Assembly (NCBI GenBank): GCA_964035545.1
Contig: OZ037770.1
Span: 5,528,729 to 5,592,728 of the forward strand
Length of the DNA: 64,000 bases
Direction of reading: 5' to 3'
Source: Bugula neritina
Taxonomy: Eukaryota > Animalia > Bryozoa
Made by a program: the position numbers and the translations under genes. The number at the start of each line of letters is the position of its first letter. Position 1 is the stretch's first letter. Shown in pieces: positions 37,701 to 52,700 of this stretch. A model generated the notes under the pieces. It was given only the letters and a program-made list of their open reading frames with translations, was not told the DNA's origin and ran no database searches.

Positions 37701-40700
37701 ACGGTATTAGTCACTCACTTGTAGTTACAGCGTTAGTCACCCACTTGTACTTACAGTATTAGTCACTTACTTGTAGTTACAGTATCAGTCACTCACTTTG
37801 GTTACAGTATTAGTCACTCACTTGTACTTACAGTATTAGTCACTCACTTGTAGTTACAGTATTAGTCACTCACTTGTAGTTACAGTATTAGTCACACATT
37901 TGTAGTGATAGTCATTATTACAATAGTCGCCCTGAGTCATAGTACTAGTCGCTCACTCATAGTCACTGTACTGATCACTCAACCAGAGTAACAGTACTAG
38001 TCACTCACCCGGAGTCACTGAGCTGCTCTTCTCACTCTCAGAGCTGGGTTCTTGTCTCTCTATAAGAGTTCGTCTTCTGGCTACAGCTAGTCTCAGCTGG
38101 TCCTCCACACTAGGAGCTGTCAACATAAAAATCAAGATATTCACTCACTATGACAGCACCTGACATTCTAGTTTGACATTTGTGACATGTAAAAGCAGGT
38201 GCTTTACAAAACACAGGAATGGAGCTATATCAAAAATAATTTTAGATAAAAATGGTGCTGGCAAAAATGGCACAGGCAATAATGGCACTGTTAATAAGGG
38301 CACAAATGGGAAAGCAGGAATAAATGGCACGCCGCTGTTAACTTGTTCTATACCCCAAACTCATACCCTCAACCCTACCCTAAACCCTAATATTGGAAAT
38401 GTGCCATTTTCACCTACTTTGCCATTTGTGTAATTATTACCTACATGTGCCAGTTTTACCGGACACAATTATATATACACGTTGTTTAACTCAATATCTT
38501 TCAAAAACATGAGAATGCTTGACTATAAAAGTGAACAAGTTGAACAGATTGCAAAAGTTATCTTCTCAGAAAATATTTCCTATTGTAACTTTTTATTTGA
38601 AAATATTTCAGATTGTTTAAACGTTAGAATGTCTGACAAGAATTGTGGTAACACATTCAACTCCTACCAGATGTAACTGAAGTGGTTGGTGCAGTAGTGG
38701 TAGCAGCTGAACCTTTCCTCACCACAGCGTAAACGTCTCCATCTTTAGTTGTGTCGTTGGTCATCTAAATCATACATTGAATATAATGCAAAGTCATGAG
38801 TGATGAAACCCACACATACAGCGGGTATATGAAGAACAGCAGAAGTGGGGTTTGGGGTTTAATCGAAGTAGGACTGAGAAGTTAAAATTACGTCGTATTG
38901 AAATGTTCACTAGTGTAGCAACAATTTGGAGTTGTATATTCAATCAAAGTGAATTCATTTTACACTTGGTTCACTTTTGTTTTAATTAGTTTCCAAAAGC
39001 AACCAGATTATAATTATGTAGGCCACAAAGTTGAAAAAATAGTATCTAAACATTTGTAGCTATAGCCAAAAATTTTTGCAAATATATGTATTTATCTATT
39101 CTGCTCTTTGTTGCCTTGCATGTGTTACTTTTAATATTTTTTGAAGTTGGGTTATGGCTAGGTGCCATAATTCAATTAATAGCTTGTAATAACCATTATA
39201 TTCAAATTATTTAAAAATTCTTACTAATTCTTTTGGGTATATTTTAGTAAATTATTATGATAATGTTTTTTGTGATAACATTTTGTTTCAATTAAACAAA
39301 TATCAACATTAATGTAATATAGTGATTTACCTAATTTTATTTTTATTACATTTATAAACACTCATTGAAGCTATAACTGCAAAAGTGAATAATAAACTAT
39401 TTATAACTGTAATTTGAATAGTCATCAGAAATCACACTAAATCCAAGCCAATATTGAAATCATCTACTTTCAGTCTTATATATGAAGCTAGATTACACTC
39501 AGCCTAGGGCCACGCTGTGCGTATTTTCGCATGCGAACATTCAAACCACAAGTAGCAAAGGTGTCCACTGTATGCGTTGAGAAAACATTCGCACTTGTCG
39601 CTCAGCATTCTGAATGCAAGAGCGAATCGTCTCTGTCGTCGTCACTTGATTAGCTGATAGTTATTTAGCGAGCCCAATTCTTCTATTTTAGTGCTATATT
39701 CCAGTAAATTGCGTTTTATTAAAAGCGAGTGCGATTTAAAAATGAAAGATTTATTTATCCCGCATCACTGACGCTACAGTGGACACCTTTGCTACCTGTG
39801 GGTTCAATTTTCGCATGCGAAAATACGCACAGTGTGGCCCTAGGCTTAACAGGCAAATTAAGTAGAATACAATAAAATAGTTGCCATAGCAATAGCAATG
39901 CTATATAATCAATTTGAGTTTACTGTTGAAGTAAATGGTAATTAATGGCCACAATATTAGTTTATTGTCATACTGCATTAAATAAAACTCGAGTACTATC
40001 AGTATAATATTACTTCCCAGAGATGGCATTAGTTTTTATTAATAATGCCATTACTATAACCTACTTCCCATCTTTATTGTGAGGTGAAAACAAACTATTT
40101 TAATATTTCATTGTTCTGATATGTTGACATATATTTATGGATATTTTGATATTTATAAGCCACACTTTTAAGTTAAACTGTACCAACCAAAGACCAAATA
40201 AATTATTTACAAAAAAATTAAAACATAACAAATTCTCTCTGCTTCATATGCTCATATATCTAACTAGCTACTAGCTGAAGGCTACTGAAATACATGTATG
40301 TATGATACAACCTAATTACAAAACCCCTGAAATAATACTCAAAGCTGTTATAAATAAAACTGTTGAAGTATAGAAATACTTACATTGTTTGCGGATTTAT
40401 CTTCTCTTTCAGCCACAGCTCTTTTCAATGCATCACTAAATGAGGATGTGTTAGCCGACGTCTGATTGGCTGGTTTATTGCTAGCATTTGATTGGTTCGT
40501 TGAGGCTCCAGTTGCAGCAGACTGAATTGTTCCTAATAAAACATAATATGTTATCAGAATAAATAACTTGTTACTATGTATGACTCATTATTATAACAAC
40601 TTACTCACACAGCACATTGTACTAAATAGTTTATAAAGGATAAAGACGTAGTACTCTTAGGAAATAGGTAAGTCAAAATCCCAGCAAATTTAGAAGATTT

Positions 40701-43700
40701 AAGAAACAGAGTTTTCAACTTTTAGGTTTATAATTGGTGAAAACTTTTCACCAGTGATATGAAAAAATGCATCTGAAATAACTTACAAAAATTAATTTAT
40801 TTTCAACATATTTTATAGTATCAGCTAAATTTTCACATCAAGTTTCAGTATAGAAATCCCAACATATTGCAAGAACAGTTTAGAAGCAAGAAAGAGGAAA
40901 AGGTTTGACAAATGGGTTATACACAGCACAAACACACAGGGAGTCGAGTGAAAATATACCTTGCATAGTTAGAATAACCCCCGACTCATGGCTAAATGAG
41001 CGGAGTGGAGGAGGGGGAGGTAGCTTGGATCTTTGCAGAGTTCCACTGTCTACGGTTATTACAGATTCATGACTAGCGGCGGGGATATTTGTCTGCTCGG
41101 AAAAAGGGAGGGGGGTTCTGGGAAGGAAATGGTGGCCTTCAGAGTGCTGATTGGTTGAGGTGATTTGAGCGTGATGCGGGCCTAATGTAAACACATCGGT
41201 TAGTAGTGGGAAGTCAAACTAACACTGTCACAAGTGGGATTAACTCTCAAGATTAGAAATTTACCAAAACAAGGCAACAAAATTTGACACAATATATAAA
41301 TTCTAACATATTTGACAGTTCATGGGAAGTCTACTGGGTGGAAACACACACAGTGAAAAAAACAATAAGTTTGGTGAAATTTTGCTCGACAAGAATAACT
41401 AATAGATTAATTTTTACACAAAACTTATCAAATTCGAGACTCAATTTCAACTTATATTGAAACTACAGAGTTAACAATATTAAAAATTAAGAGGTTTATA
41501 CCAACTAACTGCTAGTTGGCGAGAGGAAAACTCTCACATTTGGTTTGGTACCAGCAAGTGACAGAGTGCAGACTACACAATGACTCACCATTTCTACTGC
41601 CAGTTGAGGTGTTAGAGACTTGGGAGACTTTATCTTCTTCTGGGGCAGCTGGTGCTGGATAAACAGGGGGTGGAGGAAGGGTGGATAAAATGGGATTTTC
41701 ATGCTTCTTTTTGGCTATAGCAAGATCTCCGCTGTACGTACGTGGAATGGAGGAGCCCCTTTGGCTTTCTGCTTCAATAAAACACAGCAAAATACACACC
41801 TCAGCAATCTCACTCTAATAACAGGCAACAAACCAAATAGAGAACAATTGAATGTTATGTGTTTCCATGACAACGCTATAAAAACACAACATAGAAAGTG
41901 CGGGTTGGAGTTGTCTTACACAACAGCCTTACTCCAATAGTCTTATGTGGTAATGAGTTGAAGGCATATTACACCCACCCCATATATACAATAATATTAT
42001 AGAGAGCATTAGGCTATGCTAAGAATGAGTCACACATATATGAGTCAACATTTGCAGTTATTCTTTCATTATTCCTTTTCCCCTACAAGCTCTGTAAAGG
42101 TATGAAAGTAGCAGAAAACAAGCAGCTAAGAGTTTAGTTTAATCTGTATATTTGTCTCCACATGCAGATCTGAGGTATGAAATGCTCTGGCAGCAGCATA
42201 GAGAGGGTGGCATGCAACATGTAAAGCTAAAGCTAAGCCCAAGACAGCAGTACAATGACCAGAGTCAGCGACCTTTACCCTCTAGAGAGTGGCCGATGCT
42301 CATCTCATACATAGTGATTGGTTTCACTTCCGTATCTCGATCTAAGGCGGCTAAATTTGGCTGACTTAAACTCAACGGTTTATTGTCAGCATTTAATTTG
42401 GAATTTGTCTTTCCTTTATTCCAAAATTTCTTTACTCTACTTTTAGCTGCAAGCATATTAGTAACATATGCTTCAGTTTTAGTGGCTAAATAATATGACA
42501 TAAGCACAACACAGTGACTGCAAAGTATAGTTAAACTCTTCAAAACAAGCACTTTGAGTGAATATAGACCACACACAGTGCTGCAACAGTACTTCAAATA
42601 ACTACTTTAAAAATTAACGATTAAGCTGAAAAGCCATCACAGTAACTACATGCATTTGTGACAAACAGATGTGACTGACGGGACAGTTTCCTGGGCAGGA
42701 AGTCACAATGCAGGTTTCATGCCATGCTTACTGAGTTTAGAGTTGAGCTGCTAACACTACTACCCAGGATAATATTTCTGGAATCAGCTGTATTCCAGCT
42801 CTTCTATTTACATTAGTTAGTGTACTATTAAATGACTTTTTTCAATAAAGTTTCCACTTTGAGAGGCTTTTAACAAAAACAGGAAAGATAACTTCCATCT
42901 ATGCTATACAAAGGCAGTGAGGTGTCAATTTACTCTGTTAAAACCATCATTATATTGTATTATTTGTGTAGTTTGTGCTGTACACTCTGTACTATAAATA
43001 CTATGAATACAGTCTCTCTCAAAAACTATTCTGGAGCGTCTTATATAGTCTAAAGAGAAACAAGTAAATTAGGAGTTATCATCTCGTAAACTCTGAAGAA
43101 AGTTTTGTTGTTTTTCCACTAAATATTGACAGCTAAATGGTAATGAAACTGAACTTCCTAGAATGTAGACTAACCTTTACCTGTTAAAAATGTGCAACAA
43201 ATAAATAAATAAAATGTCAAGAGACATGGCAGGAATTAGTGTGCATTTACCTGGTTTCCTGGACTCACTCTTTGAGAGGGAAGGTGGACTGGCCGAGTGT
43301 GTAGATGACTGAGTAAAAGGGGGCGGAGCTATGAACATGTCATCCAACTCCTAGGCATAAGAAAATTAGTTCATGAACAGACAACTCCGAACTGTGCATT
43401 TAGAAATTGACACAATTACCTTGTTGTAAATTAATTTATTGGTTGACAAACTTTTTTTAATGTTGATGCTTTAAAATGAAACATCAACAGTTTACCTAAA
43501 ATATATGCAAAATTAGATAAGCGTGGTTACATTTAGCATTTTTCTACTCAAAAAATGAGGTGAGAGTTTTGACTGTCTACGTTGGATTTATCAGTGGCCA
43601 TCTATACAATCCCAAAATTCATTTCACAATATCTTGCTACGTTTCAATTCGTCATCTAAATATAAACAATCAGTTTACTATACTGTAGCTAAGTTCCAGC

Positions 43701-46700
43701 AGAAGGTTGGTTAAATTTACCTGTATGCTATATTTACCTGTCAGCTATATTTACCTGTAAGCTATATTTACCTGTAAGCTATATTTACCTGTATGCTGTT
43801 GAAGTGGGAGGAGCTAGGCCGCTGCCGAATAGAAGCAGTTTTCTGGTCCCTGAAGGTCACTCCAGTCGGTATCACTGCTCCAGAGCTAGAGGAACGACTA
43901 TCTGAGTCATAGTTGGCTAGTGTAGCATCCAGTTGATCTGTATATATATACAGGTTAGTTTATATGTCGCATGTCACTAGATGTCACTATCTGTCACATG
44001 TCACTTATCTGTCACATCTCACCATCTGTCACATGCATGTCACTAGACTTTACTATCTGTCACATGTCACTATGTGTCACTACCTGCTGTATGTCACTAG
44101 ATGTCACTATCTGTCACATGTCACTTATCTGTCACATCTCACCATCTGTCACATGCATGTCACTAGACTTTATTATCTGTCACATGTCACTATGTGTCAC
44201 TATCTGCTGTATGTCACTAGATGTCACTATCTGTCACATGTCACTTATCTGTCACATCTAACCATATGTCACTATGTCCCTTCATGTCACTATCTGTCAC
44301 ATGTCACAATGTGTTACCCCGCAATACATACGTCACCTCACATGTCACAGTACAGGCCACATGTCACTACATTTCACCTCACATGTCACAGTACAGGCCA
44401 CATGTCACTACATGTCACCTCACATGTCACAGTGCAGGCCACATGTCACTACATGTCACCTCACATGTCACAGTACAGGCCACATGTCACTACATGTCAC
44501 CTCACACTATACGCCCTTAACAGTCACATCGCAATATATTTCTAAATACTTGTTGTTTGCCGTCATAATTATTTCCAAATAAATACTCTAAAATTTTTAG
44601 CAGAAATGATCACCATTTTTTATATATTAACCAAACAATATTCTCAATACATACTACTACTATATAGTAATTATTGAAAAGTCAAGATAACACTTCTGAG
44701 TGTAAGACTCAAGTTTTCAGCTGGGCCAACTAACAAATATATAAACAAGCACAAAATATTTAAAAATGCCATCATTTCTTTACTTGCTACTCAAATATGA
44801 AGCCTAAACCACACTATCTATGCATGCAAAGGTAGGGCATAGAGCTATCTGTAATTGAAATGGATGGCCTTCACTAACTTGCAGTTTCATTCAGTACACA
44901 TACACAACACAACACATAGGTGTTATACAACTATTGGTATATGTAGCAAGATGATAGTATGTGTATTTCCCAATATAGCTACATTTGCTATATATTTGCA
45001 TGCAATAAAAGTAGAAGTATAAAATAACTATGCTATTGTGACCAGGCAAGGACTCAGCTGGCAAGTGGAATAAAAAAAGAGTTGGTTTGGAGTTATTTAC
45101 ACATACATATTTTATAGTTGTGTTTTAGGTCAATGGGTTAAAGAAGGTGGTTTATAGAAGGTTGATTAAACAGAAAGGTTAGCCAAGGTAGTAAGTAGGC
45201 TATAGAAGGTGGGATAGAGAAGGTGAGATAGAAAAGGTGAGATATAGAAGGTGGGATAGAGAAGGTGGGATATAGAAGGTGGGATATAAAAGGTGGGATA
45301 TAAAAGGTGAGGTAGAGAAGGTGAGATAGAGAAGGTGAGATAGAGAAGTTGGGATAGAGAAGGTGGGATATAGAAGGTGAGATAGAGAAGGTGGGATAGA
45401 GAAGGTGGGATAGAGAAGGTGAGATAGAGAAGGTGGGATAGAGAAGGTGGGATAGAGAAGGTGGGATAGAGAAGGTGGGATAGAGAAGGTGAGATATAGA
45501 AGGTGAGATATAGAAGTTGGGATAGAGAAGGTGGGATATAGAAGGTAGGATAAAAAAGGTGAGATAGAGAAGGTGGGATAGAGAAGGTGAGATAGAGAAG
45601 GTGGGATAGAGAAGGTGGGATAGAGAAAGTGAAATATAGAAGGTAGGATAGAGAGAAGAGAAGGTGAGATAGAGAAGGTGAGATATAGAAGGTGAGATAT
45701 AGAAGTTGGGATAGAGAAGGTGGGATATAGAAGGTAGGATAAAAAAGGTGAGATAGAGAAGGTGGGATAGAGAAGGTGAGATAGAGAAGGTGGGATAGAG
45801 AAGGTGGGATAGAGAGGGTGGGATAGAGAAGGTGGGATAGAGAAGGTGGGATAGAGAGAAGAGAAGGTGGGGTTAGTGGGTTTCACATGCACAACACGCA
45901 GACGCGTATACTGCTTACCGCTGATGCAGTGGACATCTAGTTGAAAGCAAAGCATTATTATTTGAGTGAGGCAAAAAATTAACATGGCTGAAAATTATGG
46001 AAGCTTCAAATTAAACTTGCTTGATGAATTATAGATTAATAAGCCACTCCGTAATAATATAACCACACCCTGTGAGCTATGGAAATGGCAAAGCAGGGAA
46101 TAAGGTAGTTGCAATATAGTTTCTCAGTAGAAAATGTTAGCTGAAACTCTAGTCATTACTATGTGTCCGGAAAACTGCAAAAATGGCCTCTATTAAGCAT
46201 GGTTCTATAAAATATACACACAGTTTCTTTCAGCTGTTGCAAAGCTACATACTGGGTGTGAACTCAACTAAGAGTTAGGACCTCAACTAAAGGTCATGAA
46301 CTCAACTAAAGGTCATGAACTCAACTAAAGGTCATGAACTCAACTATAGGGAATGAACTCAACTGGAGGTAATGAAGTCAACTAAAGGTCAAGGACTCAA
46401 CTAAAGTTCATGAACTTAGTAAATTTGGTAAAGTTTCCCCGACTCACCAATTGCCAATTTCTCTTCTTCCGACGGCTGCCCGTTTGATGAGCCGACAATA
46501 TTTCGTCTCCCCAGCACCTCCGATGAACTGCCTTTACCTACAAACATGGTCCACTTTCTACACCAAAGGCAAATATTTAAATCCACCATCGTGGTATTAA
46601 TAGTACAGTCGATCAGCATGGATCTGTCTTTGTTGCTTGTTTGGCTGAAACATTAATCTAATTAAAACTTGAAGATGGTCTATTAAAATAACTCTGGTGT

Positions 46701-49700
46701 ATTCTAGTTAGTATTCTGAAATCTTAGGAATTGATGATTAAAATGAATGACTGTTTAATTGATAGCAGACAGAACTGGACTTTTCAGCCAGCAGCCAGTT
46801 AATTACATTAGACAACTCCCTAAGTAGTTGTGACTAGACATGGGATTAGCCTGTGTAACCTACCATCATCCACTCTCTCCGGTTTGCGGTGGGGTAATGT
46901 AAGAGCTCCGTTGATGGAGCCATTGGCTGCCGACTTACTGCTGCCTTCTTGCGTGACGACAGCCCGGATCACTTTCATAGGCAGCACGTCACCAGCTCTC
47001 TTTATGCACTCCACGGTTTCCTCATGACTGCACGTCGCTACGTTCTTCCCGTCAATCTAGGTTAAATATGATGTAGAGTTACTTTCAAGCCAACAAAGTG
47101 AAGAAGTTATTATATAAAATGATCTACTTTTGTGTGCTTTAAATTTCCAATAGAAGTTAATGCAAGGAACGCAGCAAACGTGTCAATGAGAATCGATGTT
47201 GTTCAGAGTGAATATTACCTCCAGCAAGAAGTCACCAGCTCTGAGTCCGGCTTTATCAGAAACGCTGCCTTTCTCCACGCTGTCAAGGTATTGTAAGGCC
47301 GGCATCTTTTCAGACGGAATAAACTCGACGTTCAGTTTCTTCAGTTGTTCAGCTAAAAGAAGAGAGAGAATTTGGTGAGCTGATATATTGACACTAATGC
47401 CCTGAAGTTACCAGAAGGGAGAGACCTCATTACAGGACAGAGAGTAGAACCTGGAAGGGTTGGCTAGTGGTAATGTAACTTCCTCCCAGCAGTGAAGTAA
47501 TTATCATTAAAACATTTTGCATCAATTAGAAGTCCATTACCTGACTTAAAGATTCATGATATTCTGCACTACTCAACCAACACTTGAGTACTGCAGCTGG
47601 TAAATGATATCTACTAAAGCACCATGTAACCACTTATAATTAGAATTCTTAAAAACAGGTTTTATTATAAAACTGGTCAGCCCTCTGGTAATACATAACC
47701 TTAAATTATACTTTGGAAATTAAAATAATTAGAGAGGTAATTGGTTTTGAGATTACAATAATTAATTTGATTTGCATTAATGCTAGCCCATAATGATCTT
47801 GGCCAATAGAAATTAGTCCAGGGGAAGGCCTGGGTTTCAGCAGTGTCTCTTAGACAAAGAATGACAGGTCTTGCAAGGTAGCCTTTTCCAGTGAAAGAAG
47901 AGTACTTAATGCCACCTGCCAGTTACTCTAACAGTCTCCCAACTCTTATTGTCACTTACACTGATAATGAATGGAATTTACTACTCCATGCTTATTTATG
48001 CAAAGAAATCTTACAACCCTTGTTACTTGAAACAAAACATGACACTGTCCCTTAACACATCACATTCTATTTTTTTGCTTTGTATAGGAAATTAGCTGAT
48101 TCCTATCTAAGCAACCTTAACTTAATTCTGGGTATGTTAGCATTAATTTTCAATTATACGAGAACCCCTAATGGTAATATTAGAGAGAGCAGATGCTGCA
48201 GGTAAAATATTTGCCCCCCCCCCCCAACTAGCAAGTGAACTAACCATTACATCACAGGGGCCACTGGGTAATCCCAACATTACACTATAGTGTATACAGT
48301 ATAGGGTATGGTATAGTGTATAGTGTATAGGGTATGGTATACTGTATAGTGTATAGGATATGGTATACTGTATAGGGTATAGGGTATAGGATATGGTATA
48401 CTGTATAGTGTATAGGATATGGTATAGTGTATAGTGTATAGTGCATGGTATAGTGTATTATAGGGTATGGTTTAGTGTATAGTGTATATGATAGTGTATA
48501 GTGGCTCACCCTATACACTATACAGTATAACACATGCTACATGGTATGCATATGTCTGGCACACAAGGTAAAGCAAACACTGCATGACCATCATTTAAGG
48601 AGCTCTGAATATAGAATGTCACTAATTAGTATAGTAGTGTAAGACAACATTACTTAAAGTAGCCTCATTAGTAATGCTATACTGCAGGGTAGTATATACC
48701 CCAGGCAGCAGTATATACCTGAGGCAGCAGTATATACCTCAGGCAGCAGTATATACCTGAGGCAGCATTATATACCTGAGGCAGCAGTATATACCTCAGG
48801 CAGCAGTATATACCTGAGGCAGCAGTATATACCTCAGGCAGCATTATATACCTGAGGCAGCAGTATATACCTCAGGCAGCAGTATATACCTGAGGCAGTA
48901 GTATATACCCCAGGCAGCAGTATATACCTCAGGCAGCAGTATATACCTCAGGCAGCAGTATATACCTCAGGCAGCAGTATATACCTGAGGCAGCAGTATA
49001 TACCTCAGGCAGCAGTATATACCTGAGGCAGCAGTATATACCTCAGGCAGCATTATATACCTGAGGCAGCAGTATATACCTCAGGCAGCAGTATATACCT
49101 CAGCAGCATTATATACCTCAGGCAGCAGTATATACCTCAGGCAGCAGTATACATGTTAAATAAGCTTACAAATTATGATATTGTTGTTGCACACAATAGT
49201 CCAGAGTGGAAATATGAACTGTCGCACCAGTTGACTATGAAAGCAGTTGTGAACAGTTTGAATACATGTGTTTATACAGAATATTACCCTACAAATGCAG
49301 CTAGTGTTTTATACTAATCACTTGCCATGAAAACAGGGTGAGGTAATACAGCTGATATTAATTTCATTAAGGAAAGTTTTCGAAAAGAAACCCATTACAA
49401 ATGTACCAGAAGGTATGCCCTTAGATTATATAATTCCAGCTACCATTGAAAACATTTAAACTGAATTGTAACAAATTTGAAGCAAATGAAGGTGTATTTT
49501 CATGTAAAAGAGTGACTACACTATAAAGTGTATTGCTGAAATGCTTGTGGTTCATTTTAAACTTTTAGCAAAACTTTAGCCTAAACAATCAAAGGTAAAG
49601 ACTGATATAACGACCCTTCTGTGCTAGCCAAAGGAACTCAACAGAATTTCCAATACCCAATAAAACAGAGGCAAATAATATTCATAAAACAAGTACTTTT

Positions 49701-52700
49701 AAAAGTGAAATAATTCAACACGCAACTCACCTTTAGCACCTCTGAGAACGAATCCATACCCCTTCTTGGTTCTGGAGAGCACCACTGTCCTCACCCCCTC
49801 ACCCCTGTAAGAGACACCAGACCCTATACACTTAGCATAGTTCCTAGCTTCTGTTACAGTAGTTGGTACGAAGCAGTTAGCTAACCGGCCACTAGCACTG
49901 CTATGTAGATGTATAGGTTCACACTCTATACTATCAAGGCTACTATACTCCATGCTTTTACTCTGGACTACCATAGCCATAGCAGTCTGCTTTGCTTTTT
50001 GCTTTCGAAATTTTTTAAGCATAATGTTCATTGTGAACCGCTCTTAGTCACTCAGGTTGTACTTAAAAACTCTAAGTAATACATGAATTTTCTAAGTAAA
50101 TCATCCAAGAAGCAGAAGTCCTGCAAAACCAATTTTTAAATTCACAAAAGTGTTAGTAAATTATAAAGATTTGCTGCTCTACACCTCTGTACTGTCAACT
50201 ACAAGTTCGGATTAATTTCAACTGCTGACTGGTATTTTTGTTGTAGTGTAGGAAATCAATGATGGATAGTTAATCAGGGTAAGTTACCTCTATTCAAACA
50301 ACCACATCAATAATTCTAATTAGAGTGAAGTTACAGCATGTGATAAGACACCCAACTTCTTCAATTATGATATACAGGACAATGAAACAAGAGAAATAAT
50401 TATATTAAGCAGGAAAAGATGGGAAACCTATACACCATTTACACATGACTGACACAAAAGGTCATCTGCTGAGAGTAGATGAGCAGATGACAAATCAAAA
50501 TGGCTGCCATTTAGCAGACGAAGAGGTATAATATTCATGTCATTGTGATGCTTGTAACTATGGCAACAGCATTGTATTTAAATTCGGTATGATTTGTACC
50601 AACTTTTATAAGCCCTGCAGGAAAGGGTGGGCTAATAATATTTACTATTAGTGAACTTCGTATCTTGGTCTACTTAACTGTGTACAACCTGTGACCTTGT
50701 AAACTTAAAGTGTTTCCACAGAAACTAAACAGTTGCTAAAATCAATTGGAGTCCTGTATTCCTATTTTACTGGGGCACAATTAATTATTTATATAGCAGT
50801 TTCCATTACAGCATGCCTAGCTTAAGGACATGAGATCATGGCTCAGTGAACTGCAGGTATGAAAGTACTTATATTATTGGTGGAGAGGTGACCAATCAGA
50901 ATCTTACAAAAATTCTGAGCATTATAATTATATTTTAATGTTATAATTAATTAAAAGCTGTTCCATTGAGTCTAAAAGAAACATCTATTTCAACAATACA
51001 CCCTATTAATAACACTTGGTGTGAATCAATGAACTTTGAAGGCATTATGGTGGCCGCAAATTCCACTTTAAATATAAGTAGTACTTGAATAGTTTTTTCA
51101 ACTAACAACTGCTCAAATATAACTGGTTAAATAGAAAAAATTCAGTATTCAGATGCAAAGCGACATGGCAGTGCAGGTGCTAAAAGTGCTTTCTCCTGTC
51201 AACTAATTGTCAACAAATACTATTGTGTCTCAATTACTAATCAATAGTGAAATAAAGAAAAGGTAATTTAGAAGAATTGTACAAAACCAAATAAAAAATA
51301 ACACTATGGTGGCGATTTGATAGGCATATTACTGCTTGCTCATTCATTACATTCAGCATTGATATGCATAACTGCTTAATGCAATGAATACCCTCAGCTA
51401 GTGCTTGCTAGTGACAGACATGACATTGATGAATTTGACTCATAACTCATAAATAGATTTGAAATGGAAGGCAAGGATTTAGAGTGACTGCATGGACAAG
51501 TGTTCAAGAGTTGTTTTAAACAAAGTATGAAAATAAAAAAGCAGAAAAGACAGTGTTTGTTTAGCTAAAAAAGCTGCACAGAAGAGCATAAATAAGTGAA
51601 CAAGTTGTAGTAACTAAAGAAGCTCCACCTTGTGGCAGGGGATGAGCCTGTCAGTGTGGCATTTCCTAAGATAACTAATCACTACGAGATCATAGATAAC
51701 GCAACAGATTTAAACTTTTACTAAAACAAGATACCTATCAGTAACTATTGATTATTGGTGGATAGAAGCTAGTTGAAATATAACATCTCTTGATTAAATT
51801 GCGTTGTAAGTAAGTTGCAAGGAATGTAATCTACAGCAAAAAAGCAAAAAGTATGACTATGCAATGAGTGATGCTAAACAACTAGAGAGAATATTCATTT
51901 TGTATAAATAGTCTTCCAGTTAGCTTTATCAATTTTAGTGATGAAAAGTAATATATCGTGATGGTCGTCAACTTCCACTAAAATTCTATTTAAATTTACT
52001 TAAGACAGCTCTAGCTGTGCTCGCTACAAATACTAATCTAATGAATTTTATCTGATAAATATTTCATGATACAGTTATTCTTTCAACAGAAATCTCTTTG
52101 ATTTCTCTAACAATGCAATCATACTCTGAAAACTAACTGTAGTCTATTATTGCAACGATTGACCAGCTCAATGCAAACAACTGGAAACAATTGACTAATT
52201 AACATAATAAGGCTGACATTTTCAACTCCTTCAAGCATTTGGATCAGATCCAAATGTTATGCAATAGGCACATATTAAAGGCAATATTCAGGTATGCATT
52301 TCAATTACTTGAGACTACATTGTATGTTAGATAAACACGAAACAATGTAGCCAGTTATGAGCCATTAAGAAAGATCAAAGCAAGATCTGGTTTCAAAAAG
52401 GATTAGAGAGTTAATGATTAAATACAGAATAACTCAGTTCATGTCTGTAAATATTAATTATATCAGTAAGCCCCTCAGTAGATAGCTAGGTGAATAAAGC
52501 AACTATTGAACAGGTAAATATGGCAAATCAACCAGGATGAGGTGCAGTCACAGCAGTGCTTTCACTGTAAACTCCTTTAGTTAGATGTTGGCTTATTATT
52601 TTATACAAAAGTTGGCTAAAAAAATTCCAGAAAAAACTTCTAGAAACTCAGAACTGAGAAGGCTTGAAAATCCTGCTAATGAGTAGTTGAACCAGATCGA

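Noticed and set aside
38360-38391. Telomere-like AACCCT repeats
   Set aside because: Only a few imperfect units inside a foldback-like repeat, not a telomeric array.
43964-45985. Repeat-rich ORFs 43964-44582 and 45200-45985 (also 58108-58431 and 60407-60778)
   Set aside because: They are translations of intronic minisatellites.
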